Assembly (NCBI GenBank): GCA_964448295.1
Contig: CAYUVV010000004.1
Location: forward strand, 945-64,944
Source of the DNA: an uncultured Candidatus Saccharibacteria bacterium
GTDB lineage: Bacteria > Patescibacteriota > Minisyncoccia > Phycocordibacterales > JACOZG01
Length of the DNA: 64,000 nucleotides
Direction of reading: 5' to 3'
Every line of letters starts with the position of its first letter. Within the stretch, counting starts at the first letter, position 1. A program made the position numbers and the translations under genes. Shown here piece after piece: positions 50,205 through 60,291 of this stretch. The notes below the pieces were generated by a model, which saw only the letters and a program-made list of their open reading frames with translations, was not told the DNA's origin and made no database searches.

Positions 50205-51896
50205 GTGAGTATGGACGTCAAGGAACTGTTTAAAAATACTGATCGGGTCTATTTTGCCGCGACGGATTTTCGTGGCAAGCAGACGCCGTTTGGGATCAAG
50301 CTCGACGACCGCCTACGCCACGTGTATGTGATCGGGAAAACTGGCATGGGTAAGTCGACGATGCTTGAAAATATGGCGATTCAAGACATTTTGGCTGGCC
50401 GAGGGGTCGCCTATATTGACCCCCACGGCGCGACGGCGGAAAAGCTCTTGTCTTATGTGCCGCCGCAGAGAATAGAGGACGTGATTTATTTTGCCCCCTT
50501 TGATCTCGACCACCCGATTTCGCTTAACGTGATGGAAGACGTGGGACGGGATCAGCGGCATCTAGTGGCCTCCGGCCTAATGAGCGCTTTTAAAAAAATC
50601 TGGGTTGACGCTTGGTCGGCCCGGATGGAATACATTTTGCATAACACCTTGCTTGCTTTGCTCGAATATCCGAGCTCCACTCTGCTTGGCATTAACCGAA
50701 TGCTTGCCGATAAAGAGTATCGCAAGAAAGTGGTTGAGAACGTGACGGATCCCGGCGTGCGTTCGTTTTGGGTCGACGAGTTTGCCAAATATACTGAACG
50801 GTTTGCCGCCGAGGCCACGCCCGCGATCCAAAACAAAGTTGGGCAGTTTACCTCGAACCCGCTAATTCGTAATATTATTGGCCAGCCCAAGTCCTCGTTC
50901 GACTTCCGCCAAGTGATGGACGAGAAAAAGATTTTGATCGTCAACCTGTCGAAGGGTCGGATGGGGGAAGGGAATGCCAATCTTATCGGCAGTTTATTCA
51001 TCACCAAAATTTATCTGACGGCGATGTCGCGGGCCAACGTTGCGCCGAGTAAACTGCGCGATCTGCCACCCTTTTACTTTTTTGTGGACGAATTCCAGTC
51101 TTTTGCCAACGAATCGTTTGCGAACATTCTGTCGGAAGCGCGAAAGTACAAATTGTCGCTCACGATTGCCCATCAATATATCGAGCAAATGTCGGAGGAG
51201 GTGCGAGCGGCGGTGTTTGGCAACGTGGGAACCATCGTCAACTTTCGGGTTGGCCCGTTTGATGCCGAGATTTTAGAGAAAATTTTCTTTCCCACTTTCA
51301 CCAAAGAAGACTTGGTCAATCTTGGTTTCGCGCAAATTTATCTCACTTTGATGATCGATGGCGTGGGCTCGCCGCCGTTCTCGGCCGTGACTCTCCCCCC
51401 CTTACCGGCGCCGGCCGTGTCGCAAGAAGAGTCAATTATCGCTCATTCACGCGAGCGTTTCGCTTCCCCTCGCCTAAAGGTAGAGCAGGCGATTGCTGAA
51501 TGGCACAAGCCGGTTGGTCAATTGGAGGCGCCGCGTCGAACATCATCTCCATTACCTTCTCCGGTTTTACCCAGTCCCGGGGCGGCTCGTCCGCCGGAAA
51601 GGGATAGACGTCCTCCATCCCGCGATCATGCTCCAGTTTCTAGGTCTAAACTTACAATGTCCTTGGGAGAGCTGAAGCCAAAATTGCCGGCCAAGGAACG
51701 GGAGATTAGCCAAACGGCCAAGGCCGACTTGCGCTCGGCTCTCGGCCGCTTAATGGCGGAACGGCAAAAAGTTTCGCCGCCGCCAGCCGCTAAACCGTTA
51801 ACTAAACCATCAGCAACAGCGCCAACGACCAACGAACTGTCGCCAGAGGCACTCGAAAAGATGCTTGAGGTTAAGTTAGAAAAAGATAGTAAATGA
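50205..51896 (+). CDS. Type IV secretion coupling protein-like ATPase (TraD/VirD4/TrwB-type AAA DNA-binding domain) without a TM anchor; Pro-rich C-terminal tail
   Basis: Walker A is VIGKTGMGKST and the Walker B-like motif is FYFFVDEFQ. Overall it resembles T4CP/TraD-family P-loop ATPases. Confidence 0.55.
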   Translation: MSMDVKELFKNTDRVYFAATDFRGKQTPFGIKLDDRLRHVYVIGKTGMGKSTMLENMAIQDILAGRGVAYIDPHGATAEKLLSYVPPQRIEDVIYFAPFDLDHPISLNVMEDVGRDQRHLVASGLMSAFKKIWVDAWSARMEYILHNTLLALLEYPSSTLLGINRMLADKEYRKKVVENVTDPGVRSFWVDEFAKYTERFAAEATPAIQNKVGQFTSNPLIRNIIGQPKSSFDFRQVMDEKKILIVNLSKGRMGEGNANLIGSLFITKIYLTAMSRANVAPSKLRDLPPFYFFVDEFQSFANESFANILSEARKYKLSLTIAHQYIEQMSEEVRAAVFGNVGTIVNFRVGPFDAEILEKIFFPTFTKEDLVNLGFAQIYLTLMIDGVGSPPFSAVTLPPLPAPAVSQEESIIAHSRERFASPRLKVEQAIAEWHKPVGQLEAPRRTSSPLPSPVLPSPGAARPPERDRRPPSRDHAPVSRSKLTMSLGELKPKLPAKEREISQTAKADLRSALGRLMAERQKVSPPPAAKPLTKPSATAPTTNELSPEALEKMLEVKLEKDSK

Positions 51897-52960
51897 AGCC
51901 GCGCGTGCTTATTTTTTCATCGGCGCCGCTCTCGGCGATTGGGGGAGCGGAGATCGCCACGCGGGAGCTAGTCCGTCGTTTGGCGGGCGATTTTGAATTC
52001 GACGTAATCAGCGCGGACGTGACCAACCCGCGCTCGAAGTATTTTTATCCTTGGTGGGCTAGTTGGGAAGCGTTTCGTCGCCACCAGATTAAAAATTATG
52101 ATCTGGTCTGGGCGATTATGGCCAACCAAGCAGGGATGGCGGCGGCGCGGTTTAAGCAAAAATTTCCCACTGTGCCGTTTTTGCTTACTCTGCAAGAGGG
52201 CGATGAATTAGATAGTTGGTTTTACCGTTTGCGTTTGCTCGGCCCGCGTTGGTTTCGGGTTTTTAATCGGGCCGACAAGATTCATGCCATCTCTAATTAT
52301 TTGGCCGATTGGGCCAAACGGATGGGCGCGCGCTGCCCGGTAATAGTGGTGCCAAACGGGATTGATGTTGAAAAATTTAAGTCGTTAGCGAAAGAACCTT
52401 GGTCGCCTCATGTCGAGCCGCGCCTGATCACTACCTCGCGCCTAGTCCGCAAAAACGGGGTTGATGTCTTAATTAAGGCGCTGGCGTTTTTGCCAAAATC
52501 GGTGTGTTTGGAAATTGCGGGTGATGGCCCCGAGCGCCAAGCATTGGAGAGTTTGGCGGCAAATTTGGGTTTAACCGCGCGGGTATTTTTTCTTGGCGTT
52601 TTATCGCCCGAACTGGTGCCCGCTCGGCTGGCCGCGGCTCACGTATTTGTGCGACCCGCGCGGTCGGAAGGATTGGGTAACTCGTTTTTGGAGGCCATGG
52701 CCGCCGGTTTGCCAGTAATCGGCACGCCGATGGGCGGTATTCCCGATTTTTTGCGCGACGGCGAGACCGGCTGGCTGGTGCCGCCCAACAACCCGTTCGC
52801 GCTGGCAGAAAAAATCAAATTTGTGCTTGATTCGGGTAATCAAGAAACAGTCAAACGTGTAACCCAAGTCGGGTTTGATCTTGCGCAACATCGCTATCGG
52901 TGGTCTTTGATCGCGAACGAGATCTCGGCCATGTTTCGGTCGTTATGCGCATCCTCATAG
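51893..52960 (+). CDS. Glycosyltransferase family 4
   Basis: The GT4 C-domain reads RLITTSRLVRKNGVD...EGLGNSFLEAMAAGLPVIGTPMGGIPDFLRDGETG. Confidence 0.8.
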   Translation: MKPRVLIFSSAPLSAIGGAEIATRELVRRLAGDFEFDVISADVTNPRSKYFYPWWASWEAFRRHQIKNYDLVWAIMANQAGMAAARFKQKFPTVPFLLTLQEGDELDSWFYRLRLLGPRWFRVFNRADKIHAISNYLADWAKRMGARCPVIVVPNGIDVEKFKSLAKEPWSPHVEPRLITTSRLVRKNGVDVLIKALAFLPKSVCLEIAGDGPERQALESLAANLGLTARVFFLGVLSPELVPARLAAAHVFVRPARSEGLGNSFLEAMAAGLPVIGTPMGGIPDFLRDGETGWLVPPNNPFALAEKIKFVLDSGNQETVKRVTQVGFDLAQHRYRWSLIANEISAMFRSLCASS

Positions 52961-53937
52961 CCACCGGTATTTACCCACCCCAAATTGGCGGGCCGGCTCA
53001 ATATGCTTTTAATTTATCTAGAGAGTTTTCGTTGTTGGGCCATAAAGTCCGGGTGGCGAAATTTAGTGATGTTAGAAAATGGCCGAGCGGTTTCCGTCAT
53101 TTTTTATTTTTTTTAAAACTTTTGCCCGAAATCCGGCGTTCCGATTGGTGTTTAGCTCTGGATACTTTTAGCGCCGCCTTGCCGGCGGTTCTGGCCGCTA
53201 AACTTTTTGGTAAGAAAATCACGATTCGGGTCGGTGGTGATTTTTTGTGGGAAAATTATGTAGAGCGGACCGGAGATTTAGTTTTACTACGGAAGTTCTA
53301 CCAAACTACTGGCGATCGCTGGACACAGCGCGAGCGGTTGATTTTTTGGTTAACCGGTTGGTTGCTTCGTCAAGCTTGGCGGGTGGTGTTTAGTACCGAC
53401 TGGCAACGGCAAATCTGGCGAGAGCCGTATCAGCTTAATTTTTCCCACACCGTTATCATTGAGAATTATTATGGTCAAAAAGAAACGGTTTGTTTGCCCA
53501 CAAAAAAAAATTTTATTGGTAGCGTGCGTCGATTGCGTTGGAAAAACTTAGAGACCTTACGGCGCGCTTTCACTAAGGCCCGTAATCATGATTCGGACTT
53601 AACGCTAGATTTATCCAATCTTGAATATAAAAATTTTTTGGAAAAAATCAAAAATTGTTACTCTGTAATTCTTGTTTCTCTTGGCGACATTAGCCCCAAC
53701 CTAATTCTTGATGCCTTGCGGTTTAATAAGCCGTTTATTTTGACGCGCGAGACCGGGTTGTATGAAAAGTTGAAGGATGTAGGGTTGTTTGTTGACCCGG
53801 AAGACGAAAACGATATAACAGAAAAAATTTTGTGGTTAAGTCGGGATAAAAATTATCAGAAAGTGCAAGAAAAAATTGTCCAATTTGGCTTTTCACACTC
53901 TTGGCGAGAAATTGCCGAAGAATTTTTGTCTTTATAA
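52900..53937 (+). CDS. Glycosyltransferase (GT4-like, GT-B fold)
   Basis: The N-terminus RILIATGIYPPQIGGPAQYAFNLSREF is typical of the GT4 N-domain. The C-domain is divergent. Confidence 0.6.
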   Translation: MVFDRERDLGHVSVVMRILIATGIYPPQIGGPAQYAFNLSREFSLLGHKVRVAKFSDVRKWPSGFRHFLFFLKLLPEIRRSDWCLALDTFSAALPAVLAAKLFGKKITIRVGGDFLWENYVERTGDLVLLRKFYQTTGDRWTQRERLIFWLTGWLLRQAWRVVFSTDWQRQIWREPYQLNFSHTVIIENYYGQKETVCLPTKKNFIGSVRRLRWKNLETLRRAFTKARNHDSDLTLDLSNLEYKNFLEKIKNCYSVILVSLGDISPNLILDALRFNKPFILTRETGLYEKLKDVGLFVDPEDENDITEKILWLSRDKNYQKVQEKIVQFGFSHSWREIAEEFLSL

Positions 53938-53953
53938 AGCTTCTTAGTGTTGT

Positions 53954-55060
53954 ATGAAAAAAGTGCTTTTTTTTGGGCCAACATTTTACAATCTGTCTTT
54001 CGTTGATCCGGCGTTGAGAACCAAATTTTCTGGATTAAATAAAATCTGCGAGATTCACGTAATGGCTCGTGGTTTGGGTTGGAGGGCGCAAAAATATGGA
54101 GTTTTATTCTGGCTGACACCAAAAAAATATGGTTTTGCGTTTTGGCTAGCTGCCAGTTTTTTTCGGAGCTGGTTGATAATCGTTAGGAAAAAAATTGATG
54201 TTATCGTGGCCCAATCGCCCGCGTTTGATGGAATGATTGGGGTTTTTTTAAAAATTCTAACAGGCTGCCGTTTAGTAGTGGAAGTGCATGGCGACTGGAT
54301 CGAAAGTCCATTTTTATACCACAAAATCCTTTTTCCAAAATTTTTTAGATTACTGCTAATTTTAAGTGGCAAATTTTCTTTGCGACAGGCGGACAAAATT
54401 CGAACCATCTCACAGTTTACCGAAGATCTTGCCAACAAATATGGTGGTCGAGATAAGCCGAAATGTTGTTTCCCCACTTTTACCGATATCAGTAAATTTT
54501 TAGAGGGTGGTGTTTGTAATAATCTCGTCGGACTCAATATTTTATATGTAGGAGTTTTGTACCGCTTAAAGGGGGTACATTTTTTAATCCGGGCATTGAG
54601 CAGAGTGCGTCTTCGACACCCAGAAGTAAGTTTAAATATAATCGGTGACGGTCCGTATCGTTCGGAGTTAGAAAATTTAGTCAAAGAACTTAATTTGGGC
54701 GGTGTAAAATTTTTCGGGCAACTCCCATCAGACGAAGTTGTAAAACGAATGAGGGACTGCAGTGTTCTAGTTTTGCCTTCTTTGTCTGAAGGTCTTGGGC
54801 GAGTGTTAATAGAAGCGGCGGCGGTGGGCAAGCCAGTAGTTGGTAGTCGGGTTGGCGGCATTCCGGAGGTAATAGAAGATGGGCAAACTGGTTTTTTGTT
54901 TCCTCCGGGCGATGTGTCGGCCTTGGCCTGTAAATTGGAGTGGGTTTTTGATCATCCCAAGCAGGCTAAATTGATGGGAGAAAGGGGCAGGAAGTTAGTT
55001 GAAGAGCGCTTTTCCACTCAAGCGTATTTTCGATCTTTTAAGAACTTAATCGAATTTTAA
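53954..55060 (+). CDS. Glycosyltransferase family 4
   Basis: The C-domain reads EGLGRVLIEAAAVGKPVVGSRVGGIPEVIEDGQTGFLFPPGD. Confidence 0.8.
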   Translation: MKKVLFFGPTFYNLSFVDPALRTKFSGLNKICEIHVMARGLGWRAQKYGVLFWLTPKKYGFAFWLAASFFRSWLIIVRKKIDVIVAQSPAFDGMIGVFLKILTGCRLVVEVHGDWIESPFLYHKILFPKFFRLLLILSGKFSLRQADKIRTISQFTEDLANKYGGRDKPKCCFPTFTDISKFLEGGVCNNLVGLNILYVGVLYRLKGVHFLIRALSRVRLRHPEVSLNIIGDGPYRSELENLVKELNLGGVKFFGQLPSDEVVKRMRDCSVLVLPSLSEGLGRVLIEAAAVGKPVVGSRVGGIPEVIEDGQTGFLFPPGDVSALACKLEWVFDHPKQAKLMGERGRKLVEERFSTQAYFRSFKNLIEF

Positions 55061-55065
55061 TTTTT

Positions 55066-56004
55066 ATGAATCTTTTGATTTTAACCCAGGCTGTTGATAA
55101 GAAAAACCCTATTCTTGGTTTTTTTCATCGCTGGATAGAGGAGTTTTCCAAAAATTGCGAACATGTAATTGTGATTTGCTTGGAAAGCGGCGAGTTTGGC
55201 TTGCCAGCTAATGTGCGAGTTTTGTCTTTGGGTAAAGAAACCGGTTGTTCCCGACTTAAATATCTCTGGCGGTTTTATAAATATATACGGCAGGAGCGTC
55301 AAAACTATGACGTGGTGTTTGTGCACATGAACCAAGAATATGTACTTTTAGGCTGGAAATTTTGGAGACTCTGGGGAAAAAAAATTTGGCTTTGGCGCAA
55401 TCACGCCTATGGCAATTTTTGGACGAGATTAGCGGTGCGGTTATCAGATCGTGTGTTTTGCACTTCGCCCCAGTCTTTTACCGCTCAATTTAAAAAAACC
55501 GAATTGATGCCGGTTGGTATTGATACTGATTTTTTCTGCCCAGATTTAGCCGTTACCAAGAAGCCCCATTCGGTGCTTTTTTTGGGACGGATATCGCCTG
55601 TAAAACGAGCATTGGAGTTTGTTGAATGGTTTACTGGTTTAAGTAACGACTTTACTGCGACTATCGCTGGCGTTGTCATGACTAAAGATCGGGAATACGA
55701 ACGGGTTTTGAAACTCAAAATTAAAAAACTTAGGATTGAAAATCGAATAAAATTTTTTGGGGTACTTAGCCAACAAGAAGCGCGAACTCTGTATTGCTCG
55801 CATGAGCTTTACGTCAATTTAACCCCCGCCGGTAGCATGGATAAGACAATTCTGGAGGCGGCGGCTTGCCAGACTAGGGTTAAAGTTGAGAATTCACACC
55901 TTAAACATTTAGAATTGTTGGGCGGTGAAGATCTTAGGAGGTATGTGGTCGAAAATCACAGTTTAAAGAAGCTGGTCAAACGATTATGCTGTATCGTGGC
56001 ATAG
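55066..56004 (+). CDS. Glycosyltransferase-like protein (GT-B, divergent)
   Basis: The GT1/GT4-like N-domain is MNLLILTQAVDKKNPILGFFHRWIEEF. It is embedded in the glycosyltransferase cluster. Confidence 0.5.
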   Translation: MNLLILTQAVDKKNPILGFFHRWIEEFSKNCEHVIVICLESGEFGLPANVRVLSLGKETGCSRLKYLWRFYKYIRQERQNYDVVFVHMNQEYVLLGWKFWRLWGKKIWLWRNHAYGNFWTRLAVRLSDRVFCTSPQSFTAQFKKTELMPVGIDTDFFCPDLAVTKKPHSVLFLGRISPVKRALEFVEWFTGLSNDFTATIAGVVMTKDREYERVLKLKIKKLRIENRIKFFGVLSQQEARTLYCSHELYVNLTPAGSMDKTILEAAACQTRVKVENSHLKHLELLGGEDLRRYVVENHSLKKLVKRLCCIVA

Positions 56005-56795
56005 TATTTGTTTTTAAAGAGCTTGTTTGGTTTACGTGTCGGCTGTTGGCTCCATCTCTGGCCAATAAAGCGTGCATCCTTATGTATCACTCTGTGTCTG
56101 ACAGAAATAACGCATTTTTTACAGTTACTCTCGAAAATTTTGAGAGACAGCTAGCATGCCTGAAAAAGAGTTCAAAAAGGGTAGTGTTTCTTAGCGATTT
56201 AATCAAAATGATTATTGAGGGGGAATCGATTGGGGATTGTGTTGTGCTGACTTTCGATGATGGTTATCGCGACAATTATGAGATTGTTTTCCCCATGCTC
56301 AAAAAATATAATTTTAAGGCTTCTTTTTTTATACCAACCGGATATGTTGGGCTGACAATGAAAAACTCTGAGGGAATAGTTTTACCAGTTATGAACGCAA
56401 AAGAATTGATTAAGGTCGGCTCATCGGAATTTGTCGAATGCTTGCCGCATACCCATCGTCATATTGATTTGTCAAAAAAAACAATCGATGAGTCCATGAG
56501 GGACATAAATAATTCCTGGCTACTTATAAATAATTTGCGTATCAGATCTTCAAAAATCTTGGCTTACCCAAAAGGAAAATTTTCTAAAATTATTGCAGAG
56601 AGGTTGGCTCTTGCTGGGTGGATGGGGGCGGTTACCGTTTGCTCTGGACTGGTTTCTAGCAAATCACGTCTGTTCTATTTGCCACGAAATTCAGTCGACA
56701 AAAGTACCAGCCTAAACAAATTCAAATTTTATTTGTCTGGGGGGGTGGTTTTGTGGTTAAAATGTAAGTCATGGATATGGTTTGGCAGATATTAA
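55986..56795 (+). CDS. Polysaccharide deacetylase (NodB homology domain)
   Basis: The motif VVLTFDDGYRDNYEIVFPMLKKYNFKASFF is present, followed by a His-containing motif (LPHTHRHIDL). Confidence 0.75.
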   Translation: MLYRGIVFVFKELVWFTCRLLAPSLANKACILMYHSVSDRNNAFFTVTLENFERQLACLKKSSKRVVFLSDLIKMIIEGESIGDCVVLTFDDGYRDNYEIVFPMLKKYNFKASFFIPTGYVGLTMKNSEGIVLPVMNAKELIKVGSSEFVECLPHTHRHIDLSKKTIDESMRDINNSWLLINNLRIRSSKILAYPKGKFSKIIAERLALAGWMGAVTVCSGLVSSKSRLFYLPRNSVDKSTSLNKFKFYLSGGVVLWLKCKSWIWFGRY

Positions 56796-57403
56796 AAGGT
56801 AAAACGATTTATCGCGTTTTGTTTAACCGGCTCGTAGCCAAACATTGTTTTGGTTTATCCGGGGATGTGCTTGACTTGGCTGGTGGCACCAACCCTAGTT
56901 ACCGTGAATATCTCCCATTAAAAGTGAATTTAATCGTAACTGATTTAGTGGCTGCGTCTGGGGCTGGGCGTATTGATTTAAACAAGCCGTTGCAAATTGA
57001 TTCTGGCCGATATCGTTCCGTTCTATGTTTCAATGCCCTTTATATAGTGGAAAATATGGAAGGGGTTCTTCTGGAGATGAGACGGATTTTAGCGCCAGGC
57101 GGTAAGCTTTTTATTTCTATGCCTTTTATTTCTAATGAAATGCCTGAACCCCATGATTACCGACGTCTTACTAAGGAGGGGCTAGTAATCCTTTTTCGCC
57201 GAGCAGGCTTTACAAAATTTGAAATTATGCGTTTCGGGGAAAGATTTTCTTCGGCGGCATATTTACTCCACCCTTTCTTTTTGTGTAATCCGATTAGGCT
57301 TCTGGTTTATTGCGCTTCTCTTCTACTTGATCGCATGATTCCAAAAAAGATAAAAGAACTCTATCCTACTCCCTTAGGCTATTTTTGTGTGTTATCCTGC
57401 TGA
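56771..57403 (+). CDS. Class I SAM-dependent methyltransferase
   Basis: The motif I block LDLAGGTNPSYREY and a Methyltransf_11-like core are present. Confidence 0.6.
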   Translation: MDMVWQILKGKTIYRVLFNRLVAKHCFGLSGDVLDLAGGTNPSYREYLPLKVNLIVTDLVAASGAGRIDLNKPLQIDSGRYRSVLCFNALYIVENMEGVLLEMRRILAPGGKLFISMPFISNEMPEPHDYRRLTKEGLVILFRRAGFTKFEIMRFGERFSSAAYLLHPFFLCNPIRLLVYCASLLLDRMIPKKIKELYPTPLGYFCVLSC

Positions 57404-58062
57404 CTGCCATGTTGGGTAAAAGAGGTATTGAGCAGGTTTATGATTATCACCATACTCATGCTAGGAGGAAAAAGCACGTTATTTTTTCTGAAGCGCGCGG
57501 GGCTTTGCTGAGAGAACACGTTGGTTTGGGTAAGCGGGTTTTGGATATAGGTTGTCGAGATGGCGCACTGACAGCGTTATACTGTGAAGGTAACAACATT
57601 CTCGGTGTCGATATCGATAGCCGCGCCCTAGAAATCGCAGAACAAGACTTGTCCATTAATACCCTTCATCTTGATTTAAATGAATCTGATTGGAATTTGG
57701 ATCAAGGTGTTTTTGATCGGGTTGTGGCTGGTGAGATACTCGAGCATTTATATTATCCGGATAAAGTAATTGGTCGAGTCGCTAGTGTGCTGAAACCTGA
57801 TGGTAAATTTGTCGGCTCGGTGCCCAACGCTTTTAATATAAAAAATCGATTTCGGTTATTGTTGGGACAAAAGCAAAATACTCCCCTGTCTGACCCCACT
57901 CATATTAACCATTTTACAAGAGAAGAGTTAAGGAAGGCACTTCTCGTCCACTTTAAAAAGGTAGAAATTATTCCCATTGGTCGTTGGTCTAAGTTTGATT
58001 TTTTTTGGCCAGGAATGTTTTCTTTCAGTTTGTTTTTTGTTGCTCAAGAGAAACGATCATGA
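57385..58062 (+). CDS. Class I SAM-dependent methyltransferase
   Basis: Motif I is VLDIGCRDGALT and the acidic motif is ILGVDID. Motif IV-like VAGEILEHL follows. Confidence 0.7.
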   Translation: MCVILLTAMLGKRGIEQVYDYHHTHARRKKHVIFSEARGALLREHVGLGKRVLDIGCRDGALTALYCEGNNILGVDIDSRALEIAEQDLSINTLHLDLNESDWNLDQGVFDRVVAGEILEHLYYPDKVIGRVASVLKPDGKFVGSVPNAFNIKNRFRLLLGQKQNTPLSDPTHINHFTREELRKALLVHFKKVEIIPIGRWSKFDFFWPGMFSFSLFFVAQEKRS

Positions 58063-59135
58063 AGGTGGGTATTTTTATGCATCCTTACGGAGAGTCGAAG
58101 CCAAGTGGTTTGGGGGTGTTTGGATCAAATTTGGTGAGCCGCATAATCAAGGAGGATGCGGATACCGAGTATGTGCTTTTGGTTAGAGAAGCTCCCAGGG
58201 TCAAGCCTGTTTTTGCTCTTGGTTGTCGGGAGATCGTTTTAAATAAAAGCTTTGCTCGACTTAGTTCCAGGGAAATTCGGTCATACGGGCTTGACCGCTG
58301 CCTGTTTTTAACGCCGGTCTTGCCGCTTTTGGCAAAACTTCCTCCGACGATCGTGGTCGTTCATGATTTGGCGTATCGAACTGTTCCATCGGAATCGTGG
58401 ATTGATTTTTTGTATAAACTAGTTTTTCACTGGATCTATTTTTTCTCTACACACAAGGCGTCTGTTGTTGTCGCTGTATCCGATGCCACCAAGCAGGATG
58501 CGGTTAAGGCTTGGCGATTAAAAGCAGATAAAATAAAAGTTATATACAACGGTCCAAGCGGTATACACAAACTCCCTCCAAAACTTGTTCAAGTTAAGCG
58601 ACCATACTTTCTGTTTGTCGGCGTGTTTAAGCCTCGGAAAAATGTGCTAAAAATTGTTGAAGAATTTGGGCGTTTTAAAAAAAAAATAAGATCGGACTTT
58701 AATTTGGTTCTGGTCGGAGCGGCAAATGGCCGGTATGCCAAGAGAGTCCGTTCTCTTATAAAGGAAGCCGGTCTTACCGACTCAGTCTTTTTATTGGGTT
58801 ATAGAAGCGAGGAAGAGCTTTCTTATTTATATCGTAACGGCTATGCTTTTTTGTATCCCAGTATGGGCGAGGGTTTTGGGGTAACAGTTTTGGATGCTCT
58901 GTCGTGTGGTCTTCCTTGTGTTGTCTCACGAATCCCAGTTTTTCAGGAATTGTATAAGGGGGTTGCGTTGGTGGTAGATGAAAATTCTTTTGCAGCGAAC
59001 ATGGAACGTTTAGCTACTGATACCAATTTGCGCAATAAACTGGCAGCGACTTCGCAAAAATTTTCTTTTAATTTTTCTTGGAGTAAATCAGCGCGTCAGA
59101 TGATCGAGCTGATTCATCGGGACTATGGACATTAA
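58005..59135 (+). CDS. Glycosyltransferase family 4 (the start is probably MKVGIFMHPY, near 58059)
   Basis: The C-domain reads PSMGEGFGVTVLDALSCGLPCVVSRIPVFQE. Confidence 0.75.
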   Translation: MARNVFFQFVFCCSRETIMKVGIFMHPYGESKPSGLGVFGSNLVSRIIKEDADTEYVLLVREAPRVKPVFALGCREIVLNKSFARLSSREIRSYGLDRCLFLTPVLPLLAKLPPTIVVVHDLAYRTVPSESWIDFLYKLVFHWIYFFSTHKASVVVAVSDATKQDAVKAWRLKADKIKVIYNGPSGIHKLPPKLVQVKRPYFLFVGVFKPRKNVLKIVEEFGRFKKKIRSDFNLVLVGAANGRYAKRVRSLIKEAGLTDSVFLLGYRSEEELSYLYRNGYAFLYPSMGEGFGVTVLDALSCGLPCVVSRIPVFQELYKGVALVVDENSFAANMERLATDTNLRNKLAATSQKFSFNFSWSKSARQMIELIHRDYGH

Positions 59136-60285
59136 AAACAAAAGGATTTGTTTTTTCCTCTCGTCGTTTCGTGCTGGCGGTGGCGAGAAAGTTATGGTGG
59201 AGTTGGCTAATGCTTTCGCCGGGCGAGGTTATGATACCGACTTGGTGGTAATCAAGCCAATAGGCGAGTATCGTCGGTGTGTTTCTAAGGCGGTGAATGT
59301 GGTGTCGGTCGATGGCGGAAGAATAATTTTAAGTTTGCCGCGCATGATTGCGTACATGCGTCGTCGACGCCCCAACGTGATTATTGGTTTAGATGAGTTT
59401 ACTCACCTTATCGCTCTTATTAGCAAGTTTGTGGCAAGAACCAAAACGAAAATTTTTCTACGCGTAGGAAATATTTATTCGATATTATATGAAAGACATC
59501 GACAAGAGGGTCGAATGGTTATCCCAGCAATTTCAAAATTGATCTACAAATATGCCGATCACGTTATTGCTAATTCTCGCGGGGTAGCCGACGACCTAGT
59601 GAAAACGGTCAGTCTTACTAAACCACCGATTGTAATCGGCAACCCTAAACCTCTTAAGGTTATTGAGCAAAAATCTGGTCAATTTGTTGATCATCCTTGG
59701 TTTATAAATAAAACCAAGCCAATTATTGTTGGTGTGGGGCGACTAAGGGCGCAAAAAGATTATCCGACCCTGATTCGTGCATTTGCCCGCCTAGTAAAAG
59801 AGTTACCAGCGGTGTTGGTAATAATTGGTTGCGGCCGTGAAGAAAAAATTATCAAGAAAACAATTATTGAATGCGGCGTTGAAAACAGCGTTTGGCTTGC
59901 AGGATATCACGATAACCCATATGCCCTTGTTGCCCGGTCTGATGTTTTTGTTCAACCTTCATTGTGGGAAGGACTACCCAACGCCCTTTTGGAAGCAATG
60001 GCGGTGGGGGTGGCTGTGGTTTCTTCTGATTGCGAAGCTGGACCAAGAGAAATATTGGCCCCCGATACTGATATTCACAAACATCTTTTGCCTAATATAG
60101 ACTCTTATTATAAAGCTGAGTACGGGGTGTTATTTCCTGTAGGTGATGAACGGGCGCTGTTTGGGGCACTCAAGGAGCTTGTTGTTAACCAGCAATTAAG
60201 GGCGGAATATTCCAAGAAGGGGCGACTGAGGGTTTCTGGTTTTGATACAGAGATTATTGTCGATAAGTACGAGGCGTTATTCTAG
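59125..60285 (+). CDS. Glycosyltransferase family 4
   Basis: The C-domain reads PSLWEGLPNALLEAMAVGVAVVSSDCEAGPREIL. Confidence 0.8.
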   Translation: MDIKNKRICFFLSSFRAGGGEKVMVELANAFAGRGYDTDLVVIKPIGEYRRCVSKAVNVVSVDGGRIILSLPRMIAYMRRRRPNVIIGLDEFTHLIALISKFVARTKTKIFLRVGNIYSILYERHRQEGRMVIPAISKLIYKYADHVIANSRGVADDLVKTVSLTKPPIVIGNPKPLKVIEQKSGQFVDHPWFINKTKPIIVGVGRLRAQKDYPTLIRAFARLVKELPAVLVIIGCGREEKIIKKTIIECGVENSVWLAGYHDNPYALVARSDVFVQPSLWEGLPNALLEAMAVGVAVVSSDCEAGPREILAPDTDIHKHLLPNIDSYYKAEYGVLFPVGDERALFGALKELVVNQQLRAEYSKKGRLRVSGFDTEIIVDKYEALF

Positions 60286-60291
60286 CTTATT

